DNA of 63,986 nt from Lama guanicoe (lineage: Eukaryota). The stretch is taken from NCBI GenBank assembly GCA_013239625.1, contig MU053557.1:2014123-2078108 (forward strand). Reading direction: 5' to 3'. Shown here piece after piece: positions 25,336-37,967 of the stretch; within the stretch, counting starts at the first letter, position 1; every line of letters starts with the position of its first letter. The position numbers and the translations under genes were made by a program. Under the pieces are notes generated by a model, which was not told the DNA's origin, did not search any database, and worked only from the letters and a program-made list of their open reading frames with translations.

Positions 25336-26827
25336 AAAGAAGTATTAATATTAGCCCCGATTTGTAGATGATCCAAACTAAGAATCAGGAAGGCTAAGTG
25401 ATTTGGCCAAGGTTACAAAAGCTAAAATACAAATCAACACCTTACTTGCCTCTATTCTGTGTTCTATTCCACCCTAGTACCTCTGCTGAACAAGTAAAAC
25501 TCTCTATGAAGGAAAGAAACTCACAGAGTATGTCTCATAAACCCAGCTTCAGTTTTCAGTGCCCAGATGTAGGGACTTCCACTTAAGGAGATCACAGCAC
25601 CTTGAACTTTCTGGTGATCTCAAGCCCCCAGGTGGCAGATGGTCTGGGATTTGTCAAGGCCAGACATATCTGATCCTGCTGAGTGAGCACTGTGGGTGGG
25701 GCTCTCTCTCCTCAGAGAAACATGTGCACAAGGGCCAGCCAGCACTTTCTAACATACACTCACTTGCCCCCAACAAATCTGCTCCAGAAGGATCGTCACC
25801 ATGAAGGAGGGAGGCTCAGGTGGCCAAGCAGAGAGTAGGAAGTTACTAGGACAGTGAGCTGACCCTTTTTCTCACCAGTAGAGTGAAATCACAGGGAAGT
25901 CACAAGCACCTCACTCAGCATTCCCAGTGTCCTGTTCTGCTAATCCTACCAAGAGGTCCATGTGCAAATACAAAGTCACATTAGCAGAGTAAAGCTTTGG
26001 AGAAGCCGGTCAGCAAAGAAACCTAGATGACTTCATTTAACTCAGTGATTCTTAAGCTATTTGAGTATAGAACCCTTTTTGAGTACATCGTTAACACCAA
26101 ATTGCTAAAATTCAGGGCAATTTGGAAAATAGGACCCAAACTCTCCTTTTTCATTTTCTAGTTCATGCCAGTAGATTGGCTTTCAAATAATTAATATCAG
26201 TCATATTTACTAACTGTAGGTGTACTCTTTTCCTCCTGGATGTTTCTTGATTCATTCACAAATTCATTCATTCACTGAGCATCTACTAAACACCTGCTTG
26301 GACCCAGGGCTCAGAGACAGCACAAACAGAGGTGTTTCAGACACAAATCCTAAGTTCTCAAGCTGAGAATTCATAGCCTAATGAATGATACCTGGAGCCA
26401 AAGGCCAGGATGTCTTCTCTTGGCTCCACTCTCCCGTGATGGGCCAGCTCATGACCAGCTCAGGGCGGTGAGCAGTTAGCTCGGCATGTTGGTTTTGGCC
26501 CCACCTGATGCCAGGAGTAGGGAACCACGCCAGCCTCTTTCTGAACAAGTAGGAAGTGTCATTGGTGTGTAGCAAATAGCTCATTACCCAGGGGCAGGTC
26601 AAATGCTCACCCCAGCCAGGCTTTCCCCTCATCAGCATCACTGTGGGGATTCTGCCCCATGTGGACTCCTTTTCTCTTCCCTGGTTATCAATACACATGC
26701 CTCCTTCTTTGTTTTCAAATTGGAAATAAGCTCTGAGCTCACTGGAAGCTGGACCTCCTGTTGCTTCTGAATTCTGTTATTGGGATATTTCACTGTTATG
26801 CAGTTTTGTTGTTTCTGGTTTTTTAAT

Positions 26828-27248
26828 ATGTATTAATCAGGACTTCTGCAGTTTCAAGCATCAGAAAAGAACTCCAAGCAGTTTAAGTAGTAAACAGTAA
26901 ATTAGTGGGGATATAATCTCATTTTAACTGTGCATCCTTCAGTCACAGCTGGACGCAGGCATTCTCATTTCATTGTCAAGTTTCTGCCTATCTGGTTGTC
27001 TGTTTATCTCACGAGATTCCTAGTTCTCCTGCCTTCTCCAGTTGTATTTAGGAAGGTGTATCTCCTGGCTGGGAAATGTCAACACTGTTAATCCAGGGCT
27101 TACCACCTCAAGGCTCATGATGCAAAAGAAAGACTCTCTTCTCGGTGTCTATATATCAAACATCAAAGGAGATTCTAAGTGACCATGTTTGAGGGCACAT
27201 GCCTGCTTTGTACCAAGCACTATCCCAGGAGGATTTGGGCACTTGAAC
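26828..27248 (-). mobile_element. Old MaLR (MLT1-like) LTR, interrupted by a younger LTR
   Basis: tgtattaatcaggacttctgcagtttcaagcatcagaaa...gagattctaagtgacc...gggcacatgcc. Confidence 0.5.
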
Positions 27249-27684
27249 TGTTACCGAGCCAAACATGGCTCTGCTTGCCTGCTTGGAGTAAAGCAATCTA
27301 CTGACAGTAGGTTGTAGTGCAGGATAGGGCAGCATTTATTACAAGGCCAAACGAGGAGTATGGGCAGCTAATGCTCAAAAGACCTGAACTCTCTAATGGA
27401 TTTCAGGGAAGGGTGAGGGAGAGGGTTGCAGGGTGCCTGATCAGCTCATGGATATTTTTCTGATGGGTTAGTAGAAAGGTAACTAACTGGGTGGCATTTT
27501 GGGAGTTCACATCATCAACCTTTTGGTTTGAACTGGTCTGGGGTCTGCATGTATGTGCATGCAGTTAACTTTTTCCACATGATGAGGGTAAAACAACTCA
27601 AGGATACAGCTCAGAATATTATCTATAGCGTGGATGGCAGGTCCTGTCCCCAGAAAGGCCCCCACAGGGTCTTGCTCAGTTATA
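27249..27684 (-). mobile_element. ERV1-class solo LTR (MER41-like, cetartiodactyl type)
   Basis: Starts tgttaccgagcc and ends ctcagttata (decayed CA); tttatt poly(A) signal on the minus strand; gggcagctaatgctcaaaagacctgaactc motif. Confidence 0.7.
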
Positions 27685-29189
27685 TAACTTGAACTGTTGC
27701 CGAGCCAAACTTGGGTCCACTTGCTGCTTGGAGTAAAGCCTGGGCCACATCCTTGTCTGTGCCTGGTGTGACCAGAGTGAATGACATGCCCATGAGAAGA
27801 TGGAGAGCAAACAGGTGGCTCCTCAGGCAAGGGATGCCTGAGGTTTCACTAATAAAACACGAACTACTACCACCTAATTTCACTACTACTGTCACTGCAT
27901 GCCCTGTTCCCTTCTTTCTGGGTTCTGTGCTTTATCCTTCCATCAAAAGCATGGCCCTCGTGGCTTTCAGATCCCACTGAGGTGACAAATCAATACACAA
28001 ATGCCAGAAGCATAGAAGTTTTAAGCCTTCTGAATCTCAGAAAAGGAAAGATTTTTAGGCACAGACACAAGCCCCCATCGGATTATCTGGCTTTCTGAAA
28101 AACACCAGGAAAGAGTTTGGTAATGACCTGGCTATGCGACCTCCACACCCACTTTATCCTCATCCCCCCTCCCCCTGCTGGCCCCTATAGAGACAGAAGA
28201 CAACTGTGGGTAGTAAAGGCTGTTTCCATCAATACAACGGGTAATGGTGGGTGTGGAACTTGGAGTCCTTTACCTTTGAGAGAACCTGGAGAGATTCCCT
28301 TGAAAATCTAACCACTGGGTAGAATCAACCGGCTTCCAAGTGCTTAACTTGTCTGTGAGGGCTCTGGAGTTCAATAATTCATGCTAATGCAGCCAGCAGC
28401 AAGCAAATTACATTCACACTGTATTTAGATTTTGATTATAAAACAGCACTCCAAATGAGTTTTATGATGGAAAAACATACTAGGTGATTTCAGTGGCATG
28501 AAAGAGAATGAGGGTGGTAGATGCGTCTGGATTTTGAGGTCAAATGAATGGAAGTCTGTCTCCAGGCTGCATGACCTTGCCCGGTAACATTGAATATCTC
28601 CAAACTTCTGTTTCTTCATTGATAAAATGGGATGACCCACCTACTTCACAGGGTATTGAGATCATTTTAATGAAGACAGTACATAGCAAATGCAGTCGTG
28701 TAGTAAGACGCATTTCGATGGCTTGCCAGAACCACAGTTCCCCTCTTCAGATTCTTTCTCTCTCCTTCCCTCCCCCATCCCCACCCACTTTATAGCATGG
28801 AAGCCAATGTTTCCTATGCGTGTAAATGTAGAACTGAATGTATAATGGGGGAGAATAAAGGTGATGAAGAGAGTCTTCGTGTTAAAAGTAGAATTTATGA
28901 TTCACTTCCACGATACTTACCTACCATACTGAGAGGGGAGACTGAGGAAAGATGAAGATGGCCAAGCAATGAGTGCTATCTCAGGGTTTCTAAGTGCATG
29001 CCTCTTCAAAGAGATTCAAGCACTTTGTGCTGTTTTAGTTTAATATGCTTGCTCAGTGGTCACTAAAATACGTAAGCCACTTGAACGGGAATGTCTTCCA
29101 GAAACGAAAGGGAAAAAGCAGCCTAGCCTTTTATGAAACCTACATCAAAACTCCACTGCTCCCATTTTAGTTAGAATAAGATATAACTC

Positions 29190-29600
29190 AGAGCAGGGGC
29201 ATCAAACTTGGATGGGTGGGAGAGCTTGATAAAAATGCAACTACTTTCATTGCCCGCTATGAGGTTCTGGTCAAAGAGGTCAGGGATTGGGTCCAGGAAT
29301 CTGCAATTTTTAACATCTCAAGATTTCAATGTAGATAAACCACAGACTTTATTTTGAGAAACACTGGTTGAGTGGTTAAGAGCCTGGGCTTGGGGACACA
29401 GAGTTGAGCTCAAATCCTAAGATACACAACTTTCTAGTTTTGTGAACTTGGGCAACTGTTTAACCTCTCCAATCCCCTGTTTTCTAATCAGAGGTTGTTG
29501 TGAGAATTAAATAAAATATATTATGAAGTGCTTAGCAGAGTACTTAGCACATAGGAAGAAGCACTCAATAAATATTAGCTATTGATACTATCATTATTAT
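29190..29600. mobile_element. MER5-like MITE (about 29190-29368) followed by a MIR
   Basis: ggtccaggaatctgcaatttttaaca...tttgagaaacactg, then gtggttaagagcctgggct...ttgggcaactgtttaacctctc. Confidence 0.65.
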
Positions 29601-30309
29601 GCATAGGCAAGGGGGCTTCAAGTCTTTTTTCCCCTAATTTTTTCATTCTTCCTTTCCTTTTCCTTTTATGAATCCAAATTATCAGTGTATTAAGCAAGAT
29701 GGAAGTTTATTGAACTTTCACACAAAAGTCTGGAAGTAAAGTAGTTTAGGATTTGCCTGGCAGCTCTGCAACCCAGACTACTTTCTCCCCTTTTTAATTG
29801 TGACCCTCATCCTCATTGTTCAAGGTGGCAGCTAGAGTTCCAACAATCACATCTGCATTCCACATAGCCAAATGAAGGAAAAGAAAAAAAAAATCAGTTT
29901 ATCTCAGGAAAAACATTTCCTAAAAGTTGCTTATATCCCATTGGATATAGCTTCTCTCAGATGTAGCAGCCAGGGAGGCTAGAAAATGGGACCAGTGTGT
30001 GCCAGGTACTCAGGTACCCAGAAAAATGTGATTTATGTCAGCGCAAAACTGGGAGAAGGAATAGGGAGGGCCAACTATTATTTCCTGATACATCTAAGGT
30101 GTCTAACAGATCAGATCATTTGCTAGAAATCCTCTACTCTCATTCTGCTTCTACTTGCTTACTTCTCAGGTAAGGGACCATCGTCTCCAAAAGATGGTTG
30201 TGTGGTTTGTTTACCTACTCAGCTTGGTTGATTTTCTTCCTAAATTCCTCCCACATCCTTTACTTTTCATCCCGCAGCTTCATTCATTTTCTTTTTTTTT
30301 TTTAATTTC

Positions 30310-30925
30310 AGATCCACAACATACACTGGTCTGTTACTAACAAATGCAAACATCCCAATAGAAAGATGTGCAGAGTATATGAAGAGTCACCAAAACCCAA
30401 ATTCAAATGAGAAACAAACATTTAAAAAGAGGTTTGGACGTATACCTCCATGTTCAAAGCAGCACTATTTACAATAGCCAAGACATGGAAACAACTTAAA
30501 TGTCCACCAGTATTCATTTTCTTTTTACTACCCAATTTTAATAGAAAATTGTAGAATTGCAAAGGACTTAGGGAGACAATTTTTTTTAAATATTCAAAAA
30601 TCTCACCACTTAGAAATAACCACTCTTAAAATGTTGGTGTAAAGCCATCTAGCATTTTCCCCAGATTGAAAAAATATACATCTGTGTGTATATTTACAAA
30701 GAAAGCCTAGTCTACTTAACTGCCTTTAACCTCTTCTATTACACTTAACAGCATGAGTAACTCTCAGTGTTATTAATTATAGATGAGCATCATCAATTTG
30801 AATGGCTGCAGGGTTTTCCATTGTATGGGTGTGTCATAACTTATTCCACCAAGTCCACTTATCCACAACATCGTGCTAAACCTCTAGAACATACATCTTT
30901 GCTCATTTGTCCACCAGTGTCCCAA
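30310..30925. mobile_element. Mixed L1 fragments, including an ORF2 snippet at about 30440-30508 (+)
   Basis: catgttcaaagcagcactatttacaatagccaagacatggaaacaacttaaatgtcca; older L1ME-like sequence on both sides. Confidence 0.6.
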
Positions 30926-31639
30926 GGAGGAGCTGTGTTCCGTGGTTTTCTGACTCCCCGGGCTCTCCTCTTTGTATCCAGGGACCAGCAGATAAACCCT
31001 GCCCCATGATCCCATCAGCAATATAACACTGATCAGATTTCATCTCTACCCCTAAGCTGCTGGAAAGTCCTCTTCAGATGAACATTGCAGACTTAGAAGT
31101 TCCTTGAAGAACTGATTTAATGCCTTCTTACACCCCCTTAGGAATAGCAAGACTTGTCCCCAGGAGAGGGGACTACTTCACCCCATGGCTGAAGAAAGCA
31201 CAAAATACAATCTCAGGTGACACAGAAGGGCCTTCTATAAAACCTAAGTTATTACAACTTTCCATTTGACAAACTGACTTCACACAAGACCAGAATGAGG
31301 CCATTTCTCTGTGAAGGAATCAGTTCCAGTTAGGGAAAAGAAATGCATTTGATGGAAATAATTATTTAGACAGACAACTGATTTGACAAGTGATGATTCT
31401 TTAGCTGATTTTTTTAAAGTAATGATGGATTTCTGACTGTTTCTTTGTCTCGGCTGTGCTTCCTAATGATCCAAACACACATGAGGTTTACACTGTCTAG
31501 AGAAGGCTGAAGAGTAAGTGTATTGCATCACTCTCACACAGCACTTTCTGTTTTCAGGGGGTTTTCACCTCAATTTTCTTCCTGCCAACACTGAGGAGTA
31601 GCTAGAACTCCTATCATTAGCCCGACACACTACAGATGA

Positions 31640-32140
31640 TGATTGTAAGTGTCGCGTATTGAGCACAGACTCTATACCAAGCAATACGCAAAATGCAGTA
31701 TAATACTTAGTCCTCACAACTACCCTAACGAGGTGGGTGTTCTGTGATCGCCCCATTTTATAAATGAGTATGGTTTAAGGAAGATGAATTACCTTGACCA
31801 TGGTCACATAAGAGGAAAGAAGTGGAGCCAGAATTCACAATCATTATTCAAGTCCCAGAGTCACCGATTCACTCAAATGCACTTAGTTGCAGAGGCAAGT
31901 TCAAAATGCCATTCCCTGCTTACTGATTAACAAGAGGGGCTCTAAAATCAGTTAGTGTGAGTTGAAATCCCACATCTGCCATTTCCCAGCTGGGTTACCT
32001 TTGGCCAGTTACTCAACCACTCTGTGCCTCGGTCACCCTGTCTTAGAAATGGGGATAGTAAGAGCGTCTATCTCAAAGGTTAGACAAGATCTACTACACA
32101 CAGCACTTAGCACAGAGGAAGTGCTCCATAATTAGTTATC
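31640..32140. mobile_element. Two MIR copies in opposite orientation just upstream of the 270-nt exon
   Basis: ccccattttataaatgag (minus) and ccagttactcaaccactctgtgcctcgg...aaatggggatagtaa (plus). Confidence 0.65.
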
Positions 32141-32208
32141 AGTGTGATCCCGTCTGTCCCTCCAGCCTCTAAGTCAAGTACATGTTTCATTGGTCTGTGC
32201 CCCTGCAG

Positions 32209-32478
32209 GTGCCTCGAGCAAAGGCCTTATGTAACTACCGAGGGCAGAATCCTGGTGACCTAAGGTTTAATAAGGGAGATGTCATCCTCCTCCGGAGACA
32301 GCTGGATGAGAACTGGTACCAGGGGGAAATCAATGGAGTCAGCGGGGTCTTCCCAGCCAGCTCCGTGGAAGTCATCAAGCAGCTGCCCCAGCCACCCCCA
32401 CTCTGCCGGGCCCTCTACAACTTCGACCTACGAGGCAAGGACAAGACTGAGAGCCAGGACTGCCTGTCCTTCCTCAAG
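32209..32478 (+). CDS. SH3RF2: SH3RF2 internal coding exon (probably exon 3): first SH3 domain and N-terminal part of the second SH3 domain
   Basis: Acceptor ccctgcag|GTG and donor AAG|gtaagg; 270 nt, phase 0/0. Translates [90 protein letters not shown], the tandem SH3 arrangement of the POSH family. ALCNY and FPASSV match SH3RF2 as I recall it. Confidence 0.96.
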
Positions 32479-34137
32479 GTAAGGGTTTAGACAGCCACCG
32501 GAGTCACATGACCACATAAAGACCATGGCAGAACCTGGAGTTGTTTGTTTCATATTCGCTGATTTTTTAAAATTATATTTTATACATAAATGTATATATG
32601 TGTGCATATACAGGTAATACGTTTGTATAATTCAAACTACATGAAAGTGAAGTCACCAGAGAAATCTAATAGGAGTTTGATGGAAGCCCACAAGCCTTTT
32701 CTATTGCAATTACAAAAATAAGTATTCACACCCTCATTCATTCATTCTACTATTGCTCTTGAGCACCTGGTTTTTGCAGACATGGGGAGGAAGCATGAAC
32801 AAGCCACAGCACCTGCCCTCAGGCAGAGTAGTGGGAGAAACAGATACTTAGACAGGAAATTACAAACACAGTTTAATAGCCTGCTGTGCAGAACGGCAGC
32901 TCTTACCTCTTCATCGTGTATCTATCTGTAAGAGTATTCTTGCTGACCACGTTCTGATCACCTAGTTCTACTCACTGACAGCATTCTATTTTGTTGAAAA
33001 CATTGCATTCAAAACATTCCAAACATGCACAATATCATAATTATATCTTTATACATAAATAACTTCTTACAAGATACATTTTCCAAGCACATGAGTTACC
33101 CCAATATTGTTCCCGTCTCTTTTTCATTGGATGACTCGTCACCATTTGCAAGTAATGACAAGTCTACTGAAGTCTAGACTTCAACGATCCTCAACGTCCA
33201 AAGGGGACTGATTCCAGGACACACTGAATCCTGAGGACACAGAGTTCGTGGGTATGAGGGGCAGACTGTACCTTAAGTCTCTGTATTCAGTATTTATCAT
33301 TCCCTAAACATTTTCATTCTCCCATAGAAACCAAAGTTGTGGTGCTTTTAGCCTATGCTACTTACAATAAGTAGGTCAATTACAAGCACAAGAAGTGGTA
33401 CTGCTACAGTAGCTCAGGAAAGGTCTTTTGGTTTGTAAAACATTTTTATTCCATCACTACCTGAAATAAGATTTACTTCAGATCCTCAGATCAGATAACC
33501 TCACTGCCCTCCATATTTTGAAACACTGATCTTCGTTATTGTCTTGGCACCTTGGAGTGAGTCCCCTAAGGAATGTTATTCTGTAGCCCAGCTGCAAATT
33601 TCATGCTCTGACTACAGCTGGAGGAGGGCAGTTCAATTCGACAAGCATTTATTGAGTATTTACTTCATGCCAGGCACTAGACACTGTGCTCTAGGGACAC
33701 AACCGGATGACACCAGCAGGTGTGTGATCTGCTTTTTGGCCCCTCTCTGGGAATCTGTAAGCCAGGACACTTACCTCACCTGCTTCTTCATTCACTGAGT
33801 CCATCCATGTGCCAAGCTGTCTGCTGGGGATAAAGTGATGAGTGATAGTCCCCTATCTTCATGGAGCCCAGCAGTCTAGTGGAAGAAAGACATGCAAATA
33901 GGAAATTATGGTAGAAGGAACCAGAAGAGAAGACCTGATCCCTTCTGGAGGGCTATGGAAGGCCAAGACTACGCTAGGAAATCTCACGGTCTTCCTCAAC
34001 TCAGCATGTCCAAGTAAAACTCAAGATCTGCCCTCTTGAAGCTATTCTTTTCCTAGCGTCTTCTATCTCAGTCAGTTGTACAATTTATTTGCACATTCAT
34101 TTATTCATTCACGCATGCATGCATTCAAGAAATATTG

Positions 34138-34235
34138 TTTAAAATTTGTGAATCACTATGTTGTACATCTAAAACTTATATAATATTGTACATCAACTCT
34201 ACCTCAATAAAAAATTTTTAAAAAACAGAGAAAGG
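34138..34235 (+). mobile_element. Short L1 3' terminus inserted in an L2 tail
   Basis: gaatcactatgttgtacatctaaaacttatataatattgtacatcaactctacctcaataaaaa; flanking aagaaatat repeats. Confidence 0.7.
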
Positions 34236-35383
34236 AAGAAATATACTGAATGGTTGACTACTAAAGGGAAGGCCCTGCATAAGGTACTAGGGACACAGAA
34301 ATGAACAAAACAGATGCAGGCCCTGCATGCATGGAGTTTAAGTTCTGATGGGGTGGACAGGCATCAAAGAAATTATTACCTGTAAATGTGTAACTAACTG
34401 TGAGTTGTCATAAGGACATAGAAAGGTAAGAAAAGGTATAATGCAGTAATGGATTTAGATTTGGATTCATCCACATTACTGAGGTGCATAGATCAGACAG
34501 ATTAATGGATAATATTCAGGTTTAGATTGCTGAGAAAGTATGGAAGTGGAAAGGTATGATATTAAGGGAACAATCAATGTGTCCTGTATGACTTCATTTG
34601 TATGTTACCTCTTGCTAGGAGGAAGGAAAGAGCACAAAAGAGCCAACCGGATGCTTGAAATGCTTTACATCTCTTACTCTGGGTGGGGGTTTCATGGATA
34701 TATTCTATTTTAAAAATTCATCTAAAATGTATATACTTTATTATATACATGGACATGTGTTTCTGGAAAAAATTTTTAATTAGTGTGTTTATATGTTTTA
34801 TCTTCATAGAAAAGAATCTGGGAAAAAATATGTTAACCAAGATGTTAACAGTGGTTGTATCTAGATTGTGATAGGATTTCTTTCTTTGCTTTGCTTACCT
34901 GTATTTCTAAACTTTTCTACAAATCTACATGTAACCTTTGATAACAAGAAAGATTTGAATAGAAAGCCACTTAATTTTGATGCATTAAAAATTGAACAGG
35001 TTCTGAAAACTGTTCAACATTAGAATACAATTCATTTTTCCAAGAGTCTGTCTCCTTATGGCTTCTATCTTGAATTCCCCATCAGGTTAATTTAAGTGAA
35101 AAGCCCAGATTCTGCTGGTGATGGAAAATGAGAGACATTTCTATTTTCCTGTTGGATTTCATGGATCCTCCAAATTATTTCTACTCCTCTTTGGGTCTTG
35201 GTGACCCAAATACTGCCTTTTAAGGAGAAAGATTATTTCAGTGGAAAATTTTGTAATAAATCGTGGAAGAGCTCCATTCCTTGCAATTTACACCATTTGG
35301 GACTCTAAGCTGATCTCTACCAAACGTTTTCACCACCTGAAAACTGAAAGTAAATGCTGACCAGAGGACTTTCTTTCTTTCAG

Positions 35384-35479
35384 GATGATATCATCACTGT
35401 GATCAGCCGAGTGGATGAGAACTGGGCAGAAGGAAAGCTAGGAGATAAAGTGGGCATCTTCCCAATCTTGTTCGTAGAG
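35384..35479 (+). CDS. SH3RF2: SH3RF2 internal coding exon (probably exon 4): C-terminal half of the second SH3 domain
   Basis: Not in the ORF track (too short). Polypyrimidine acceptor ttctttctttcag|GAT and donor GAG|gtacgt; 96 nt, phase 0/0. Translates [32 protein letters not shown] and continues the previous exon in frame (LSFLK|DDII). Confidence 0.96.
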
Positions 35480-35599
35480 GTACGTGAGTATCAAATCTAC
35501 ATCTGATTTGAGCTTATTCAGAATTATGTGTGTGTTAGAGTGACACCTGAGAGCCATTGCTAATGCTAGGAGGCTCATTTCAGAACTAACTAAAGTCTC

Positions 35600-36350
35600 A
35601 AAAGAAAAGATGCTGGATGATAATACCCATTTCTGGCAAGAACTGGGAAAATGGGCCTTTGCATTCTACTGATAGGAGTACAAATTGGTGCCATCACTCA
35701 CATCCAAACTCAAACTCACATCGAGGATATTGAAAATGTGTATCTCTTTGGAGTCATTAATTCCACACCTGAGAGCTCATTATAAGGAAGTATTAAAACA
35801 AGTGTACAAAGATATATGTACAAAATATGCTAAAATATTCACTGTAGCATGGTGCATAGTGGTGACAAATCAGAAATAATCTAAATACCCAGCAATAAGG
35901 ATTTAGTTTTTTTTAAACTATGGTGATGGAAAGATATATACTCATTAAAATTGTGTTAAAGGAGAATATTCAATATCATGGAGTATTTGGTATTATGGCA
36001 AGATGTGTGATGTGTCATTAAGTAAAATTAAGTTTAATGGGGATGGAGTTTCAGATTTAGAAGATGAAGTTCTGGAGATCTGTTCCACAACACCATGAAT
36101 ATGATTAATGCTACTGAACTGCATACTTAAAATGGTTATTACAGTAAATTTTGTCATGTGTTTTTAGCACAATTAAGAAAAAAAAACCAAATTAACTGCA
36201 TGAGACTAACTTTATAAATACATGTGTGTCATATAAATGGATCAAGGACTAGAAGAATATGTACCAAAATATTAACAGTGGTGATTACCAGACAGTGAGA
36301 ATCTAGATGGTTTTTGTTTTCCTCTGCTGACTTGTATTTTGTTAATCTTC
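35600..36350 (+). mobile_element. Old L1 (L1ME/MB-like) 3' fragments
   Basis: gcattctactgataggagtacaaattggtgcc, gttctggagatctgttccacaaca...gaactgcatacttaaaatggtta. Confidence 0.6.
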
Positions 36351-36393
36351 AGAAAGGAGCACAGATTACTTCTGTTATTATTGTTTAAGCCAC

Positions 36394-37933
36394 TTTTTTA
36401 TGTTCTTTTTTTTGTTGAACTATAGTCAGTTTACAATGTTGTGTCAATTTCTGGTGTACAGCACATTGCTTCAGTCATACAAGAATATACATATATTCAT
36501 TTTCATATTCTTTTTCACCATAAACTACTATAAGATATTGAATATAGTTCCCTGTGCTATATACAGTATAAGCTTGTTTATTTATTTCATATATACCAGT
36601 CAGTATCTGCAAATCTCGAACTCCAAATTTATCCTTTCCCACCCCCTTCCCCCCGGTAACCATAAGTTTGTTTTCTATGTCTGTGAGTCTGTTTCTGTTC
36701 CATACATAAGTTCATTTGTCTTCTTTTTTTATTCCACATATGAGTGATACCATATGGTATTTTTCTTTCTCCTTCCAGCTTACTTCACTTAGAATGACAT
36801 TCTCCAGGGCCATCCATGTTGCTGCAAATGGCATTATTTTATTATTTTTTATGGCTGAGTAATAGTCCATTGTATAAATATACCACAACTTCTTTATCCA
36901 GTCATCTGTCGATGGACATTTAGTTTACTTCCATGTCTTGGCTATTGTAAATAGTGTTGCTATGAACATTGGGGTGCAGGTTTCTTTTTGTATTAGGGTT
37001 CCCTCTGGATATATGCCCAGGAGAGGGATTGCTGGATCATATGGTAAATCTATTTTTGGTCTTTTGAAGAATCTCCATACTGTTTTCCACAATAGTTGCA
37101 CCAAACTGCATTCCCACCACAGCCTCTCCAGCATTTATCATTTGTGGACTTTTGAATGATGGCCATTCTGACTGGTGTGAGGTGATACTTCATTGTAGTT
37201 TTGATTTGCATTTCTCTGATAGTTAGTGATACTGAGCACTTTTTCATGTACCTGTTGGTCATCTGTATGTTACTTCATTGGAGAATTGCTTGTTTAGGTC
37301 TTCTGCCCATTTTTGGATTGGGTTGTTTGTTTTTTTCTTATTAAGTCATATGAGCTATTTATACATTCTAGAAATCAAGCCCTTCTCAGTTTCATCTTTT
37401 GCAAATATTTTCTCCCATTCTGTAGGTTGTTGTTTTGCTTACAATTTCCTTTGCTGTACAAAAGCTTGTAAGTTTAATTAGGTCCCATTTGTTTATTTTT
37501 GCTTTTATTTCTATTGCTTGGGTAGACTGCCCTAGGAAAACAATGCTGAGATGTATGTGAGATAATGTTTTGCCTATGTTTTCTTCTAGAAGGTTTACTG
37601 TGTCTTGTCTTATATTTAAGTCTTTAATCCATTTTGAGGGGTTTTTTTTGTGTGTGGTGTGAGGGAGTATTCTAACTTCACTGATTTACATGTTGCTGTC
37701 CAGTTTTCCCAACACCATTTGCTGGAGAGACTGTCTTTACTCCATTGTGTGTTCTTCTATGGCCTTTGTTTTAAAGTCTGTTTTGTCTGAAATCAGTATT
37801 GTTACTCCTGCTTTCTTTTCATTCCCATTTGCGTGGAGTATCTTTTTCCATTCTCTCACAATCAATCTCACTTTCAGTCCTGAAGGGGTTTATTTATTTT
37901 ATTTACTTATTTAAAGCAGATGTGGAAGTAAAA

Positions 37934-37967
<34 letters not shown>

